The notes: a model not told the origin generated them from the letters alone. A DNA stretch of 64,000 nucleotides from Gemmatimonadaceae bacterium (GCA_044224875.1 JBGAJQ010000002.1:1-64000), one strand, 5' to 3'. Positions 37,387-47,189 are shown, numbered from the stretch's first letter. Program-made: numbers and translations.

Positions 37387-38970
37387 TCAATGCGCGATCA
37401 CGATCTTCTTATATGACGCGGCATTCCACACCGGTCGCGCCGGAGCATTCGCGACCTCCAGGCCGGTGTAGTAAACGAGTTGTATCACCCGTGATTCCTT
37501 CTCGAAGTCGATCTTGTCCGCCGTGTCGCTGGCTCCGTGATAGTCAGGGTGCGTGCCGTTGAAGAAGAACAGAACGGGCACACCACGCCGCGCAAAATTG
37601 AAGTGGTCCGAGCGATAGTAGAAGCTCTCCTGTGGCCACAGGTCATCGATCGCGTGCATGTCCAGCTCGGGATGCGCCGCCGCAACCCGCTCCAGCGTGA
37701 CGCCAAGGTCAGAATGCTCCTTGCCGATCGCCACGATCGTGTCCTTCCAGTTGCGGCCGATCATGTCCATGTTGAAGTCGGCAACCATGCGCTCGGTCGG
37801 CACTGGCGGGTGCGCCGTGAAGTGGTCGCTCCCCCACAGTCCCTTCTCCTCGCCACTCACGGCGAGCAGGATGATCGAGCGCTTCGGGCGCGCGGCAGCG
37901 AATGCCCCCGCCAGCTCAATGATGCCCGCCGTTCCAGAGGCATCGTCGTCTGCGCCGTTCCAGATCGAGTCACCATCCGTGGCATGTCGCATCCCGACAT
38001 GATCCATGTGCGCCGAGAACACGATATACTCGTCACGAAGCTCGGCGTCACTGCCTTCGAGGATGCCCACCACGTTCGGTGCCGTCACGAGGTGCTGCAC
38101 GTTCTCACGCACCGTCGTCGTGACCATCAACTCGGGAATGTCACGCACGAGCGGTGTTCGTGTGCGCCGTAAGGCCGCCGCGCTCGTGCCGATAGCCTGC
38201 AGCACACCGCCAAGGGCGCGCTCGTGCACCTCCACGACCACGGGCCCGACATTCGGCGGAACTCCCACGATGAGCGATGGCGCAAACTGTGCCTGAACCC
38301 GGGTCGCGAAGGATGCGCTATCTCGGTTGGAGATGAGGAGCAGTGCGGCGGGATGTTGCGCCAGGAGTGAATCGAGCGCCGTCAGCTGCGCCCCCAACGG
38401 CTCCGTGTAGTCGATCGTCCACAGGACCGTGCGACCCTTGGCGTGAATGCCACGTACGTCGGCAGGACCGATCGGCCCCGCCATCAGGATCGCTGTGGCC
38501 GCCACGGCCCGACCTGTCCGTGGACCAGTGGTCCAACGAGCATCCCGTCCTAACGCGACCTCTGCCGAAGCCTCCCCCACTTGGAACCGGACGCTGGAGG
38601 CCACATCGGTCACCTTGGTGGCGATGGGGTAGCGTTGCAGGTACGTACCGCTGTCGCCAGCAGCCCGGAACCCCGCCTTTCGCAATTGCTCGGCCACATA
38701 GCGAGCCGTCAGCTCCAATCCCAGGGACGGTGTGTCGCGTCCTCCCATGGAATCGTCGGCGATCGTGAACACGTGGCGTCGCACGTCCGATGCGCGAATC
38801 TCCGCGGCGCCGCGTCGCGCGGCACCATCGCCATTCTGTGCCCGGGCCACCACCGACATCAGGAAGAGAGCGAGCAGGACCGCTCGCGACGACGACGTCC
38901 ACCAGCGCAACGCGTGTGTCGATGGACGACGACCAGTCGAGCCCGTTGGCCAAGGTACCTGGCGTAACAC
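37387..38970 (-). CDS. M28 family peptidase (secreted)
   Basis: GRDTPS.G, SAHMDH, NGADDDASG, GEEKGL.GS, NMDMIG, RSDH and DYH motifs. Confidence 0.92.
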   Translation of the reverse strand: MLRQVPWPTGSTGRRPSTHALRWWTSSSRAVLLALFLMSVVARAQNGDGAARRGAAEIRASDVRRHVFTIADDSMGGRDTPSLGLELTARYVAEQLRKAGFRAAGDSGTYLQRYPIATKVTDVASSVRFQVGEASAEVALGRDARWTTGPRTGRAVAATAILMAGPIGPADVRGIHAKGRTVLWTIDYTEPLGAQLTALDSLLAQHPAALLLISNRDSASFATRVQAQFAPSLIVGVPPNVGPVVVEVHERALGGVLQAIGTSAAALRRTRTPLVRDIPELMVTTTVRENVQHLVTAPNVVGILEGSDAELRDEYIVFSAHMDHVGMRHATDGDSIWNGADDDASGTAGIIELAGAFAAARPKRSIILLAVSGEEKGLWGSDHFTAHPPVPTERMVADFNMDMIGRNWKDTIVAIGKEHSDLGVTLERVAAAHPELDMHAIDDLWPQESFYYRSDHFNFARRGVPVLFFFNGTHPDYHGASDTADKIDFEKESRVIQLVYYTGLEVANAPARPVWNAASYKKIVIAH

Positions 38971-39223
38971 TATCGTCCGCGGTGCAGGGAAGCAGCGAGG
39001 CCGGCAACGATCATTGCATCATGGCGAACGAAGGTTTCAGGAGACGCATGGCAAATGCCGTCGTTCTGCTCCCCAACAACGGGGCGCGCGACGTGCTCGT
39101 ATCCTAACGTGAGTCGTCGATCCCGGGCAACGTACGCGGAATATCAGAGCGGCTTTGTCGAGCCACGCACGGGAGCTGCGACGTAGAGCCTGCCGACGAC
39201 GGCTCGCCGTTTCATCTGCAAGG

Positions 39224-40396
39224 CTAGCGCGAGAATTCTACGGCCGACGGCGAGAACGTCCACGTGGAAACAGGGCCGCAACTGGTAGCCGAAGAACCCT
39301 CGATTCGGAGTCGCGTGGCACTCACCAGCTGCACCAAGACGCGTCGTACCTTGGGGAAGGCGGTCTGGTAGCAGTAAGTCGACCCGTCGGAGGTCACCGA
39401 CCCAAAGTCGACGTTCAGGTGATCGCCCGCCGGGGCTCCCGGCACAAAGTCGTAAGTCCCTGACGCCAGGCCAGGCACCGACGTGCCAACCGAGAACACC
39501 GCCCGAGACGGATCCACGTTGTCATGCACGAGCGCCAGGTGCGCGTCCTCCATCGGACTGTTGTCGAAGAACCAACGCCCCTGTGCCGTGTTGGGTTTGT
39601 CCTGCATGATCTCCCCGCAAACGGGCTCGATCGTCCGATGCATGGTTTGCCCGAACCGGCCGAGCAGCGCGCGCAGTCCGTCGCGGACGCCAGCTTCGAA
39701 GTAGTCGAGCGGACACACCGTGTGCAGTTGGCCAAACTCGCCACTGCCGCCGATACGCGATGAATTGATGAAGGCGAGCGGCGTGGTGCGGCGATCGTAC
39801 GCCCCGAAGTCCCCTCCGCGGCTCAACGCGAAGGTATCGCCAGCAGCAACCTCGATGGACACCTCCTTGTAACACTGCTGGACCGTAATGCCACCCGTGG
39901 TGTAGGGCGCGTTGCAGCTCACGTCCATGGAGCCGACCTTGGACGCAAAGTCCGGCAAGAGCTCAGTGACGTGGGCAAAGTAGACTCGCAGGTCGGCGCA
40001 CGGGAAGAAGCTCACCGTGTAGTCATTGTGCGGGACAGGCGCCAGGAATTTCTGCACCATGACGTTCGCCACCACGCCGTTACCCGGGAAACGCAACGGG
40101 ACGGACTCGCGAAGACCGGCACCCGCCGCGCGTGTGTAGAAATACATGTGATCCGAGGGAAAGACGTGTCCCGTCGGATTCAGGTTGCCGAGTGGCGTGA
40201 ACTCGTAAATCTGCGAGATATCGATCGGCGATACCGTCAGGAACGGCACCGGGGCACACCTGGCAAGCCCACTCGGTGACGGTGGCCCGCCGATGCCCTC
40301 GCTGCCACAGGCGACCGCCAGGCATAGCACGCCAACGGCCGTTGCGCCGCTTGCGGCACGGCGAAGCCTGCCCCACATCGACGACTCGTTATGCAT
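39224..40396 (-). CDS. Hypothetical lipoprotein
   Basis: Lipobox-like AVAC; AGGGAG RBS; Cys-containing globular domain. Confidence 0.7.
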   Translation of the reverse strand: MHNESSMWGRLRRAASGATAVGVLCLAVACGSEGIGGPPSPSGLARCAPVPFLTVSPIDISQIYEFTPLGNLNPTGHVFPSDHMYFYTRAAGAGLRESVPLRFPGNGVVANVMVQKFLAPVPHNDYTVSFFPCADLRVYFAHVTELLPDFASKVGSMDVSCNAPYTTGGITVQQCYKEVSIEVAAGDTFALSRGGDFGAYDRRTTPLAFINSSRIGGSGEFGQLHTVCPLDYFEAGVRDGLRALLGRFGQTMHRTIEPVCGEIMQDKPNTAQGRWFFDNSPMEDAHLALVHDNVDPSRAVFSVGTSVPGLASGTYDFVPGAPAGDHLNVDFGSVTSDGSTYCYQTAFPKVRRVLVQLVSATRLRIEGSSATSCGPVSTWTFSPSAVEFSR

Positions 40397-40551
40397 GGTG
40401 CTCCCTCACATCTCGGCGGTACATCGCCAGAGTATCGGCACCTCGGGACGTCACATGGAATCCGGCCTTCCCCAGTCCACCTCGCATGCGAGCCGTTCCT
40501 TCGCCTCGACGCTCGGAAACGCGGCCGCGATCCCCACCGATGGGGCGGAAC

Positions 40552-40577
40552 CAATCCGCGGGGCGGTGAGGCACGTA
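40552..40577 (+). promoter_or_regulatory. Candidate ECF-sigma promoter (CAATCC-N16-CGTA)
   Basis: Motif and spacing resemble SigK-type ECF promoters; about 50 nt upstream of the DUF4331 start. Confidence 0.45.
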
Positions 40578-40628
40578 GCACCACGTCGTACCTGAACTCG
40601 ATCCCAATACTTCTCGTGGAGGCTACAC

Positions 40629-41363
40629 ATGTTGTCGATCCGTACGCCGCGTCGCGCCATGGCCCTGGCGACCGCTGCCGCAGTCGCGCTCGCGGCGACT
40701 GCCCTCATGGCGCGTACATCCCGGGCGTCCGACCACCAGGACACCCCGGACGTCGAACTCTCGCCGCGCATGGACGTGAACGACGTCTACGCATTTCCGG
40801 GCTCCAGCCCAGACCGCATCGTCCTGGTGCTCGATACGTCATCGCCCATCACGCCCGCACAGGGCGCCACGGCGGCGTTCGACCCGAACCTGCTCTACCA
40901 GCTCAAGGTCGACAACACTGGCGATGGCGTGGAAGACAAGGTCTTTCAGGTGACGTTTTCCGGCACCGGTGCCAACCAACGGGTGAACGTCCGTGGGCCC
41001 GTCGCGCCTAACGAAATCGGCACCAGCAATACCCTCGTCACGTCGGGCCCGCTCCTCTCCGGTGCCGTCAACACGAACCTCGGCACAGCCGCCGGGCTGC
41101 AGGTGTTTGCGGGGCTTCGCGACGACCCCTTCTTCCTGGACCTCGAGCAGTTCTTCCGCATCGTGCCGGATCGCAAGCCCGTGAGCGGTCCCTTGTCGCA
41201 GCTGCCCGACGCACCGACTGCCGCCGCCTTCCGCCCCGCCGGCCAGGCCGTGGACTACCTGCGCGGCATCAACACCCTCGCCATCGTCATCGAATTGCCC
41301 GCCGCCGACCTCACATCGGCCGGGAGCAAGAAGATCGGCGTATGGGGCACCATTTCCCGTTAG
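40629..41363 (+). CDS. DUF4331 family secreted protein
   Basis: ASDHQD.P, DVNDVYAF, FAGLRDDPFFLD, NTLAIVIELP and VWGT motifs. Confidence 0.88.
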   Translation: MLSIRTPRRAMALATAAAVALAATALMARTSRASDHQDTPDVELSPRMDVNDVYAFPGSSPDRIVLVLDTSSPITPAQGATAAFDPNLLYQLKVDNTGDGVEDKVFQVTFSGTGANQRVNVRGPVAPNEIGTSNTLVTSGPLLSGAVNTNLGTAAGLQVFAGLRDDPFFLDLEQFFRIVPDRKPVSGPLSQLPDAPTAAAFRPAGQAVDYLRGINTLAIVIELPAADLTSAGSKKIGVWGTISR

Positions 41364-41393
41364 GCAAACCACCTTCCTGAGCGATACACGAAC

Positions 41394-41942
41394 ATGCGTA
41401 CCTTCCTACGTGCCCCCGTCGCCTGCGCCTTGGCCGGACTCGCCCTGCTCACGGCCTGCGATAACAACGACGACAACACCGCCGTCGGCCCGTCTGGCAC
41501 CCGGGTCTTCAACCAGGTCGAGCGACTTGGGAATCCCCTCGTCAGCGAAGTCTTCCTGGCCAAACGGAACCACGCCTTTCACAACGTCGGGAAGCCGAGC
41601 ACCGACGTCGCGAATCACACCGCGGAACTGAAGAATTTTGTCGCCTCGGTCGCCGGTCGCGATGCCACCGTGCAGAACACCCTCGCCTCCGTGCTTCTGC
41701 CGGACATGCTCATCATCCAAACGGACAAGGCCCCGTCCACGGCTGGATGGCTCAGTTGGGCCTTGGCCAACGGGTACGGCGGTCGCAAGCTGACGGACGA
41801 CGTGGTTGATGCAGGTCTAGCCGCGATCTTCGGCAACTTGTTGAGCCCAAACAACGTGAGCCCGGGCCTGACCACGGACAACGTGAGCCAGAACGACAAG
41901 GCGTTCTCGACCTCCTTCCCGTACCTGGCGTCGCCAAACTGA
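41394..41942 (+). CDS. DUF4331 family lipoprotein (C-terminal-type half)
   Basis: LTAC lipobox; QVERLGNPLV, GRKLTDDVVD and FPYLASP motifs. Confidence 0.85.
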   Translation: MRTFLRAPVACALAGLALLTACDNNDDNTAVGPSGTRVFNQVERLGNPLVSEVFLAKRNHAFHNVGKPSTDVANHTAELKNFVASVAGRDATVQNTLASVLLPDMLIIQTDKAPSTAGWLSWALANGYGGRKLTDDVVDAGLAAIFGNLLSPNNVSPGLTTDNVSQNDKAFSTSFPYLASPN

Positions 41943-41963
41943 GTTTCTCACCCGAGGAAAAGC

Positions 41964-42003
41964 GCCCCCAACCGCGAGAAATCCGCTGGTTGGGGGCCTT
42001 CTT
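41964..42003 (+). terminator. Rho-independent terminator after the DUF4331 operon
   Basis: GCCCCCAACC...GGTTGGGGGC stem followed by CTTCTT. Confidence 0.7.
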
Positions 42004-42153
42004 GCCGACATGGCCTCGGACGGCGGGTGCGGGTCCCGGGGTCGCTGCGGTTCGTCGAGCGGGAACCCCCCCGCGTGCCCTCTCTACCGCCCCGCTCGTC
42101 AGGAACTCGGGAAAGACCGCAGTTTCCCGCTCCCGACTTGGCGGAGGCCGCCA

Positions 42154-42906
42154 ATGAGCATGGACATTCTCGCATCACCAAGACGCTATGACGACGGGGA
42201 ACTCCCGTTCGAAGGACCCACACCGTCACGTGTGTGGGGCGATCAGTGGTTGCGCGTCAGCGAGAAAGTTCTCAAGGGGTTGAACCACAAGCTCACGAAC
42301 CGAGTTGCCGCTCTCGAAGCTGTCGTGGCGATTACCGAGCCCAATGGTGCCCCCGATCCTGAGCTCATGGCCGCGTTGGCGAAGGAAACAGCAGAGCTGC
42401 ATGCGCTGCTCCGTCTGTTTCGCTTGATGCCCGCCGAGCCCTTCGCCGACCCTGAGGCGTGTCGTCTTCAGGACATTCTACCGAACGTCCTCCAGCTGCA
42501 CCGGCACCACGCGGACCTCAAGGAGATTCCGTTCGAGACGCAGTCGGATGACTATGCTCATCCAATCCTCGTGCGTCAGTCGGCGCTGTTGCGTTGCTTG
42601 CTCGTGGTCTTGGAGGCCGCGGCCGGAAACGCACTCCGATCGGCGACAACATTGCCCCTCCGCGTGGCATACCAGCAGGTCGGCACCGATGTCGTGGTCT
42701 CCATCGAGGGACCGGCGCCGCCGTCGCAGCTGATCTTCTCCGGCGAGGGAAGCTTGCTGCATGCCGTCCGTTCCGCGCTGGCGCATGCCCATGGGACGGT
42801 GGACGCGTTGGCCACTCCGTTGGACGGGTTCGATCGCCTTCGCTACGAGATCCGACTGCCGACGCTGGCCGCCGCCCGCAAGATCGAGCGCGACCAGTCC
42901 CTCTAA
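42154..42906 (+). CDS. Degenerate histidine-kinase-like protein (H-box-like helix plus atypical HATPase-like region)
   Basis: LKGLNHKLTNRVAAL, EAAAGNALR and HGTV...YEIRLP segments; no DxGxG box; GGAGG RBS. Confidence 0.55.
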   Translation: MSMDILASPRRYDDGELPFEGPTPSRVWGDQWLRVSEKVLKGLNHKLTNRVAALEAVVAITEPNGAPDPELMAALAKETAELHALLRLFRLMPAEPFADPEACRLQDILPNVLQLHRHHADLKEIPFETQSDDYAHPILVRQSALLRCLLVVLEAAAGNALRSATTLPLRVAYQQVGTDVVVSIEGPAPPSQLIFSGEGSLLHAVRSALAHAHGTVDALATPLDGFDRLRYEIRLPTLAAARKIERDQSL

Positions 42907-42916
42907 CGACGGTTCG

Positions 42917-43666
42917 TTAGGCCACCGCTTCGCGCAGGCTTCCCATCGCCTCGCGCAGCCGCAATACGGCGCGACCACGAATCTGGGAAACGCGCGACTC
43001 GCTCACGCCCAGAATCACCGCGATCTCGCTCAGCTTCAAGTCCTCGAAGTAGTAGAGCGACAGCACCTGCCGCTCGACCGGCGGCAGGTCGGCAATGGCC
43101 GCTCGAAGGCGCGTCACTTCCTGCGCATGAGTCAGCCGCTCGTCCATCTCGGGGTCGGTACTCGCTTCTACGTGCTCGGTGGGAACACGCGCGCCAGGCG
43201 TTGCGCCCTCGGCGGTCCGCTCCAGGGGGACAAAACGCGCACCGTCGCCTTCCCACTGCCACTTGAAGAACGTCGTTAGGTCTACTCCCATCCGCTCCGC
43301 GACGCGGGCCGGTTCTGGTGCACGACCCAGCTCGCGCGTCAACGCATCGGTCGCCGAAGACAGTTCTCTGGTGCGACGACGGACCGAGCGCGGCACATGA
43401 TCCTGACGCCGCATTTCATCCAGCATAGCCCCTCGGATTCTCGGCGCCGCAAAGGTGCTGAAGGCCAAGCCGCGTCCTTCGTCGAAGTTGTTGAAGGCTT
43501 CGATCAGCCCGATCGTCCCGGCACTTACCAGCTCGTCCAGCTCGAGGTCCATAGCACGCGCTCGCGATAGCTGACGCGCGACATGGTACACGAGGCCGAG
43601 GTGCTGGCCGATGAGTTCTTCGCGACTACGTCCAGAAGCTGAGGTGCGGCTGACCCGTTGCGGCAT
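42917..43666 (-). CDS. fliA: FliA/WhiG family RNA polymerase sigma factor (sigma28)
   Basis: ELVSAGTIGLIEA, FSTFAAPRIRGAMLDEMR..D.VPRSVR and LYYFEDL.LSEIA..LGVSESRVSQI motifs. Confidence 0.92.
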   Translation of the reverse strand: MPQRVSRTSASGRSREELIGQHLGLVYHVARQLSRARAMDLELDELVSAGTIGLIEAFNNFDEGRGLAFSTFAAPRIRGAMLDEMRRQDHVPRSVRRRTRELSSATDALTRELGRAPEPARVAERMGVDLTTFFKWQWEGDGARFVPLERTAEGATPGARVPTEHVEASTDPEMDERLTHAQEVTRLRAAIADLPPVERQVLSLYYFEDLKLSEIAVILGVSESRVSQIRGRAVLRLREAMGSLREAVA

Positions 43667-43964
43667 TGGAGACGGACTCCCTTCGCGAGTTCTAGGCCGC
43701 GCGCAGGGTCTTTCCCGCGAGCAGCGCGCCTCACAAAAGCAACCGACGTTCCAACCTTGGCCGCCGACGCTGCGGAACGTCCCGCCGCCGGATCGAAACC
43801 CCTTAAGTCAATGTGATTTCACGCGATGAGCGGTGAGCCCAGGAGGGCGGGGGCGCGCGACTTGCAGATCTTACCTACCTCGGGATCATGGGCAGATTCT
43901 TCCGCCTGGCAGATTTCTGCCGGTACCGATTGACCACCAAGAGCCGATTTCTCGCAAGTTTCGC

Positions 43965-43992
43965 TAAAGCCGCGGGAAGCGCCTGCCGACAT
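43965..43992 (+). promoter_or_regulatory. Candidate sigma28 promoter (TAAA-N16-GCCGACAT)
   Basis: Close to the TAAA-N15-GCCGATAA consensus with a spacer one base longer; upstream of the FlgM-like ORF. Confidence 0.6.
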
Positions 43993-44024
43993 TCTGATTG
44001 GACACTTCACACCTTGGGGCAAAC

Positions 44025-44315
44025 GTGAACAAGCGGCGGCAAGACCTTGAGCAACGGGCCAACACACCGGCTCCGAGGATCGAAGAATCATCGCCCATCG
44101 GTACCACCTATCCGCATCCTGAGCTGACTGTAGGCGAGGACTCGGCGTTGCAGCTTCCTGTGCGCCCGTCGCCCCGGTTCGCCGATCTTGGCGAGGAATC
44201 CATGACTCCTGAATTGATCATGCAGTACCGGGCGCGCATCGCGGCGGGTGTGTACGACCAGCCGTCCGTTATCCAGGCCCTGGCGGAATCCATGCTGCAG
44301 AGCGGGGACATCTAG
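44025..44315 (+). CDS. FlgM-like anti-sigma28 factor (alternative start ATG 44202)
   Basis: C-terminus LIMQYRARIAAGVYDQPSVIQALAESML resembles the FlgM helix-G.Y-helix region; divergent from fliA. Confidence 0.6.
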   Translation: MNKRRQDLEQRANTPAPRIEESSPIGTTYPHPELTVGEDSALQLPVRPSPRFADLGEESMTPELIMQYRARIAAGVYDQPSVIQALAESMLQSGDI

Positions 44316-44344
44316 GGTCTTCGCTCGGCGGTTCGATTTTATAG

Positions 44345-44375
44345 ACGGCGCGCCCGAAGGTGGGCGCGCCGTTTT
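44345..44375 (+). terminator. Rho-independent terminator
   Basis: ACGGCGCGCCC-GAAGGT-GGGCGCGCCGT followed by TTT. Confidence 0.75.
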
Positions 44376-44425
44376 CACTTTGGACACGCCTCGCTCACGG
44401 GTGGGCAACTGGGTAGGTTCGACGC

Positions 44426-45040
44426 ATGTATCGACGTGCGGTCACTCACCTCAAGCGGTCCGATCCTGTGATGGCCGGGCTGGTTGCACGTGTCGGACCC
44501 TGCCGATTCGCCGTCCGTGAAGGAGGAACGCCCTATTCGGTCCTAACGAGCGCCATCATCTATCAACAAGTGTCTGGCGCCGCGGCATCGTCCATTCAGG
44601 GCAAGCTGTACGCGCTGTTTGGCGGGCGCGCTCCCGAACCGGGTGAACTGCTCGCCACGGGCGATGGCGAGTTGCGCGCCGCGGGTCTGTCGCGCCAGAA
44701 GGTCGCCTATCTTCGCGACCTGTCGACGCATGCCGCGCAGGGCGCCCTTCCGTTCGAGCGGCTTCACGACATGTCGGATGAGGAGATCATCGTTGCGCTC
44801 ACCCAGGTGAAGGGAATCGGGCGATGGACAGCGCAGATGTTCTTGATGTTTCGCCTCGGACGACTGGACGTACTACCGGAACTCGATCTGGGTATCCGCA
44901 TGGCCGTGAAGCGTGCGTACCGTTTGCGGAAGCCGCCGGATGCCCGACGGCTGCACAAGGTCGGTGCGGCGTGGGCACCATACCGCACCATCGCCAGCTG
45001 GTACTTGTGGCGTTCGCTCGATGGCGAGGCAGCGATTTGA
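44426..45040 (+). CDS. DNA-3-methyladenine glycosylase II (AlkA/HhH-GPD family)
   Basis: IIYQQVS, GLSRQK, VKGIGRWTAQMFL, DLG and WAPYRT..SWYLW motifs. Confidence 0.92.
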   Translation: MYRRAVTHLKRSDPVMAGLVARVGPCRFAVREGGTPYSVLTSAIIYQQVSGAAASSIQGKLYALFGGRAPEPGELLATGDGELRAAGLSRQKVAYLRDLSTHAAQGALPFERLHDMSDEEIIVALTQVKGIGRWTAQMFLMFRLGRLDVLPELDLGIRMAVKRAYRLRKPPDARRLHKVGAAWAPYRTIASWYLWRSLDGEAAI

Positions 45041-45927
45041 GCCGCGTGGTCGTAGCCGGGGCGAGTGGCTTTGTAGGTACCGCCATCTGTGCCGAGTTAC
45101 AGCGAGCCGGTCACACGGTGCGCACGCTCGGTCGCGGATCCAGGTCGGACATCGTGTGGGATCCCGCTAACCGGCAGCTCGAACCATCGAGCTTGGACGG
45201 TTGCGATGCTGTGGTGAACCTGGCGGGAGCGACGATTGCCCAGCGATGGACATCGGCCGCCAAGCGAGAGATCCTGGCCAGTCGCGTCGAGGCGACAAGG
45301 CTGTTGGCCACGACCATGGCCTCTCGTCCCACACCACCAGCGGTGCTCGTCTCCATCTCGGCGATCGGGTTCTACGGCGACACCGGAGATCGCGAGGTCG
45401 ACGAAAGCGCGCCAAAGGGCTCCGGCTTTCTGGCGGACGTGGTGGAAGCATGGGAAGCCGAGGCAGGTGCGGCGCGCGCGGCGGGGATCCGTGTTGTGCA
45501 TCCCCGGTTGGGCCTGGTGTTGAGCCCCAAGGGAGGCGCGCTTGCCAAGATGCTGCTGCCGTTCCGCCTTGGAGCTGGCGGGAAGATCGGTAAGGGGACG
45601 CAATGGATGTCGTGGATCTCGCTCACGGACGCCGCGCGCGCGGTCCGTTGGTTGATCGAGTCTTCCTCCGTTGTCGGCGCCGTGAACATCGTCACCCCTG
45701 GACCAGTGCGGAACGTGGAATTCACGACCGCCCTGGCTTCGGCGCTGCACCGACCAGCCATCGCGACCGTTCCTGAGTTCGCGATCTCGCTCGCCTTTGG
45801 CGAGATGGGGAAGGAAACACTGTTGGCCGGCCAGCGTGTGGTTCCACGGCGGTTGACCGAAGGGGCCTTTTCGTTTGAGCTGCCACAGCTCGCGGTGGCG
45901 CTCACAGCAGAACTCTCTGCTCCATAG
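45037..45927 (+). CDS. TIGR01777/YfcH-like NAD-dependent epimerase family protein
   Basis: AGASGFVG, VVNLAG, SAIGFYG, R.GLVL, G.QWMSWI and PVRN.EF motifs; TTG start overlaps the upstream stop. Confidence 0.9.
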   Translation: MSRVVVAGASGFVGTAICAELQRAGHTVRTLGRGSRSDIVWDPANRQLEPSSLDGCDAVVNLAGATIAQRWTSAAKREILASRVEATRLLATTMASRPTPPAVLVSISAIGFYGDTGDREVDESAPKGSGFLADVVEAWEAEAGAARAAGIRVVHPRLGLVLSPKGGALAKMLLPFRLGAGGKIGKGTQWMSWISLTDAARAVRWLIESSSVVGAVNIVTPGPVRNVEFTTALASALHRPAIATVPEFAISLAFGEMGKETLLAGQRVVPRRLTEGAFSFELPQLAVALTAELSAP

Positions 45928-45929
45928 AC

Positions 45930-47189
45930 ATGGCCTCACGTTTCGGCGGTCTCACCGGGAGAGTGTTCGCCGCCCTTCTTCTCGGTTTCCTTGGTGGGTT
46001 ACTGGCCGCCGCCTATCCAGGTGGCGTGTGGTCTACCATTGTGAAGGTGATTGAGCCGATCGGCACGTTGTGGGTGAATGCGATCCGCATGACCGTCATC
46101 CCGCTGGTCGTCTCGCTCCTGGTCACCGGCGTGGCCTCGTCGCTCGACGCCCGCGCGGTGCGAAGCCTGACCGGTCGTTCGTTCCTGACGTTCTTCAGCC
46201 TCCTGCTGGTGGCCGCCGTCTCTGGACTGGTTGTGGTGCCCGGTCTTTTTGCCTGGCTGCCACTCGATCCTGCCGCTGTTGCGGCGCTCCGCGCCAGCAG
46301 TGGCGCCACGGCTGCCTCTCCCCAGTCGGTGCCCACCTTCACCGATTGGCTGGTGAACATCGTTCCCACCAATCCCATCAAGGCAGCAACGGATGGGGCC
46401 ATGCTCCCGCTTGTCGTGTTCGCGACGGCCTTTGGCGTTGCGTTGTTGCAGGTGCCGATCGAACGCCGTGACGCCGTGGTGGCATTCTTCCGAAGCGTCG
46501 GTGACGCCATGCTGGTGATCGTACGAGCGATCATCGCGCTGGCGCCGATCGGCGTGTTCGCCCTGATGCTTCCCCTGGCCTCGCGAACCGGATCGGCGGT
46601 GGCCGGTGCGTTAGGCTACTACGTGGTGGCCATGGCGTTCGCCTGTACGGCCCTTATCGCCGTGCTCTATGCGTTCACCTGGGTCGTGGCCGGAGTGCCC
46701 CTCGCCCGCTTTGCCAAGGCCGTATTTCCGGCGCAGGCGGTTGCCGTCAGCACCAGTTCATCCCTGGCCTCGCTCCCGGCGCTCATCGACGGCGCCGAGC
46801 GCACGCTGGCGGTTCCAAAGGAGACCACCGGTGTCGTGTTGCCGCTGGCGGTCTCCACGTTCAAGGTCGGCTCCCCGCTCGTGTGGATGGTTGCGGTCGT
46901 CTTTCTCTCCCGCTTCTACGGCGTCCCACTTGCCCCAACGCAGTACCTGCTGGTTTCCGCTACCGCATTGCTGTCGAGTTTCAGTGTGCCAGGGGTTCCG
47001 CATGGCTGGTTGTTGGTGATTTCCCCGCTGCTGGTCACCATGAACATCCCGGCCGAAGGCATTGGCATGCTCATCGCCGTCGACGCCATTCCCGACATCT
47101 TTGCCACCACGTTGAACGTGACGGCAGACATGACGGCCGTGGCGACCGTCAATCGCGCCATGTCACGGGGCGTCAGCGCCCAGTCGTGA
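45930..47189 (+). CDS. Dicarboxylate/amino acid:cation symporter (DAACS)
   Basis: IRMTVIPLV, IVPTNPI, STSSS.ASLP and ATTLNVTAD motifs. Confidence 0.92.
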   Translation: MASRFGGLTGRVFAALLLGFLGGLLAAAYPGGVWSTIVKVIEPIGTLWVNAIRMTVIPLVVSLLVTGVASSLDARAVRSLTGRSFLTFFSLLLVAAVSGLVVVPGLFAWLPLDPAAVAALRASSGATAASPQSVPTFTDWLVNIVPTNPIKAATDGAMLPLVVFATAFGVALLQVPIERRDAVVAFFRSVGDAMLVIVRAIIALAPIGVFALMLPLASRTGSAVAGALGYYVVAMAFACTALIAVLYAFTWVVAGVPLARFAKAVFPAQAVAVSTSSSLASLPALIDGAERTLAVPKETTGVVLPLAVSTFKVGSPLVWMVAVVFLSRFYGVPLAPTQYLLVSATALLSSFSVPGVPHGWLLVISPLLVTMNIPAEGIGMLIAVDAIPDIFATTLNVTADMTAVATVNRAMSRGVSAQS

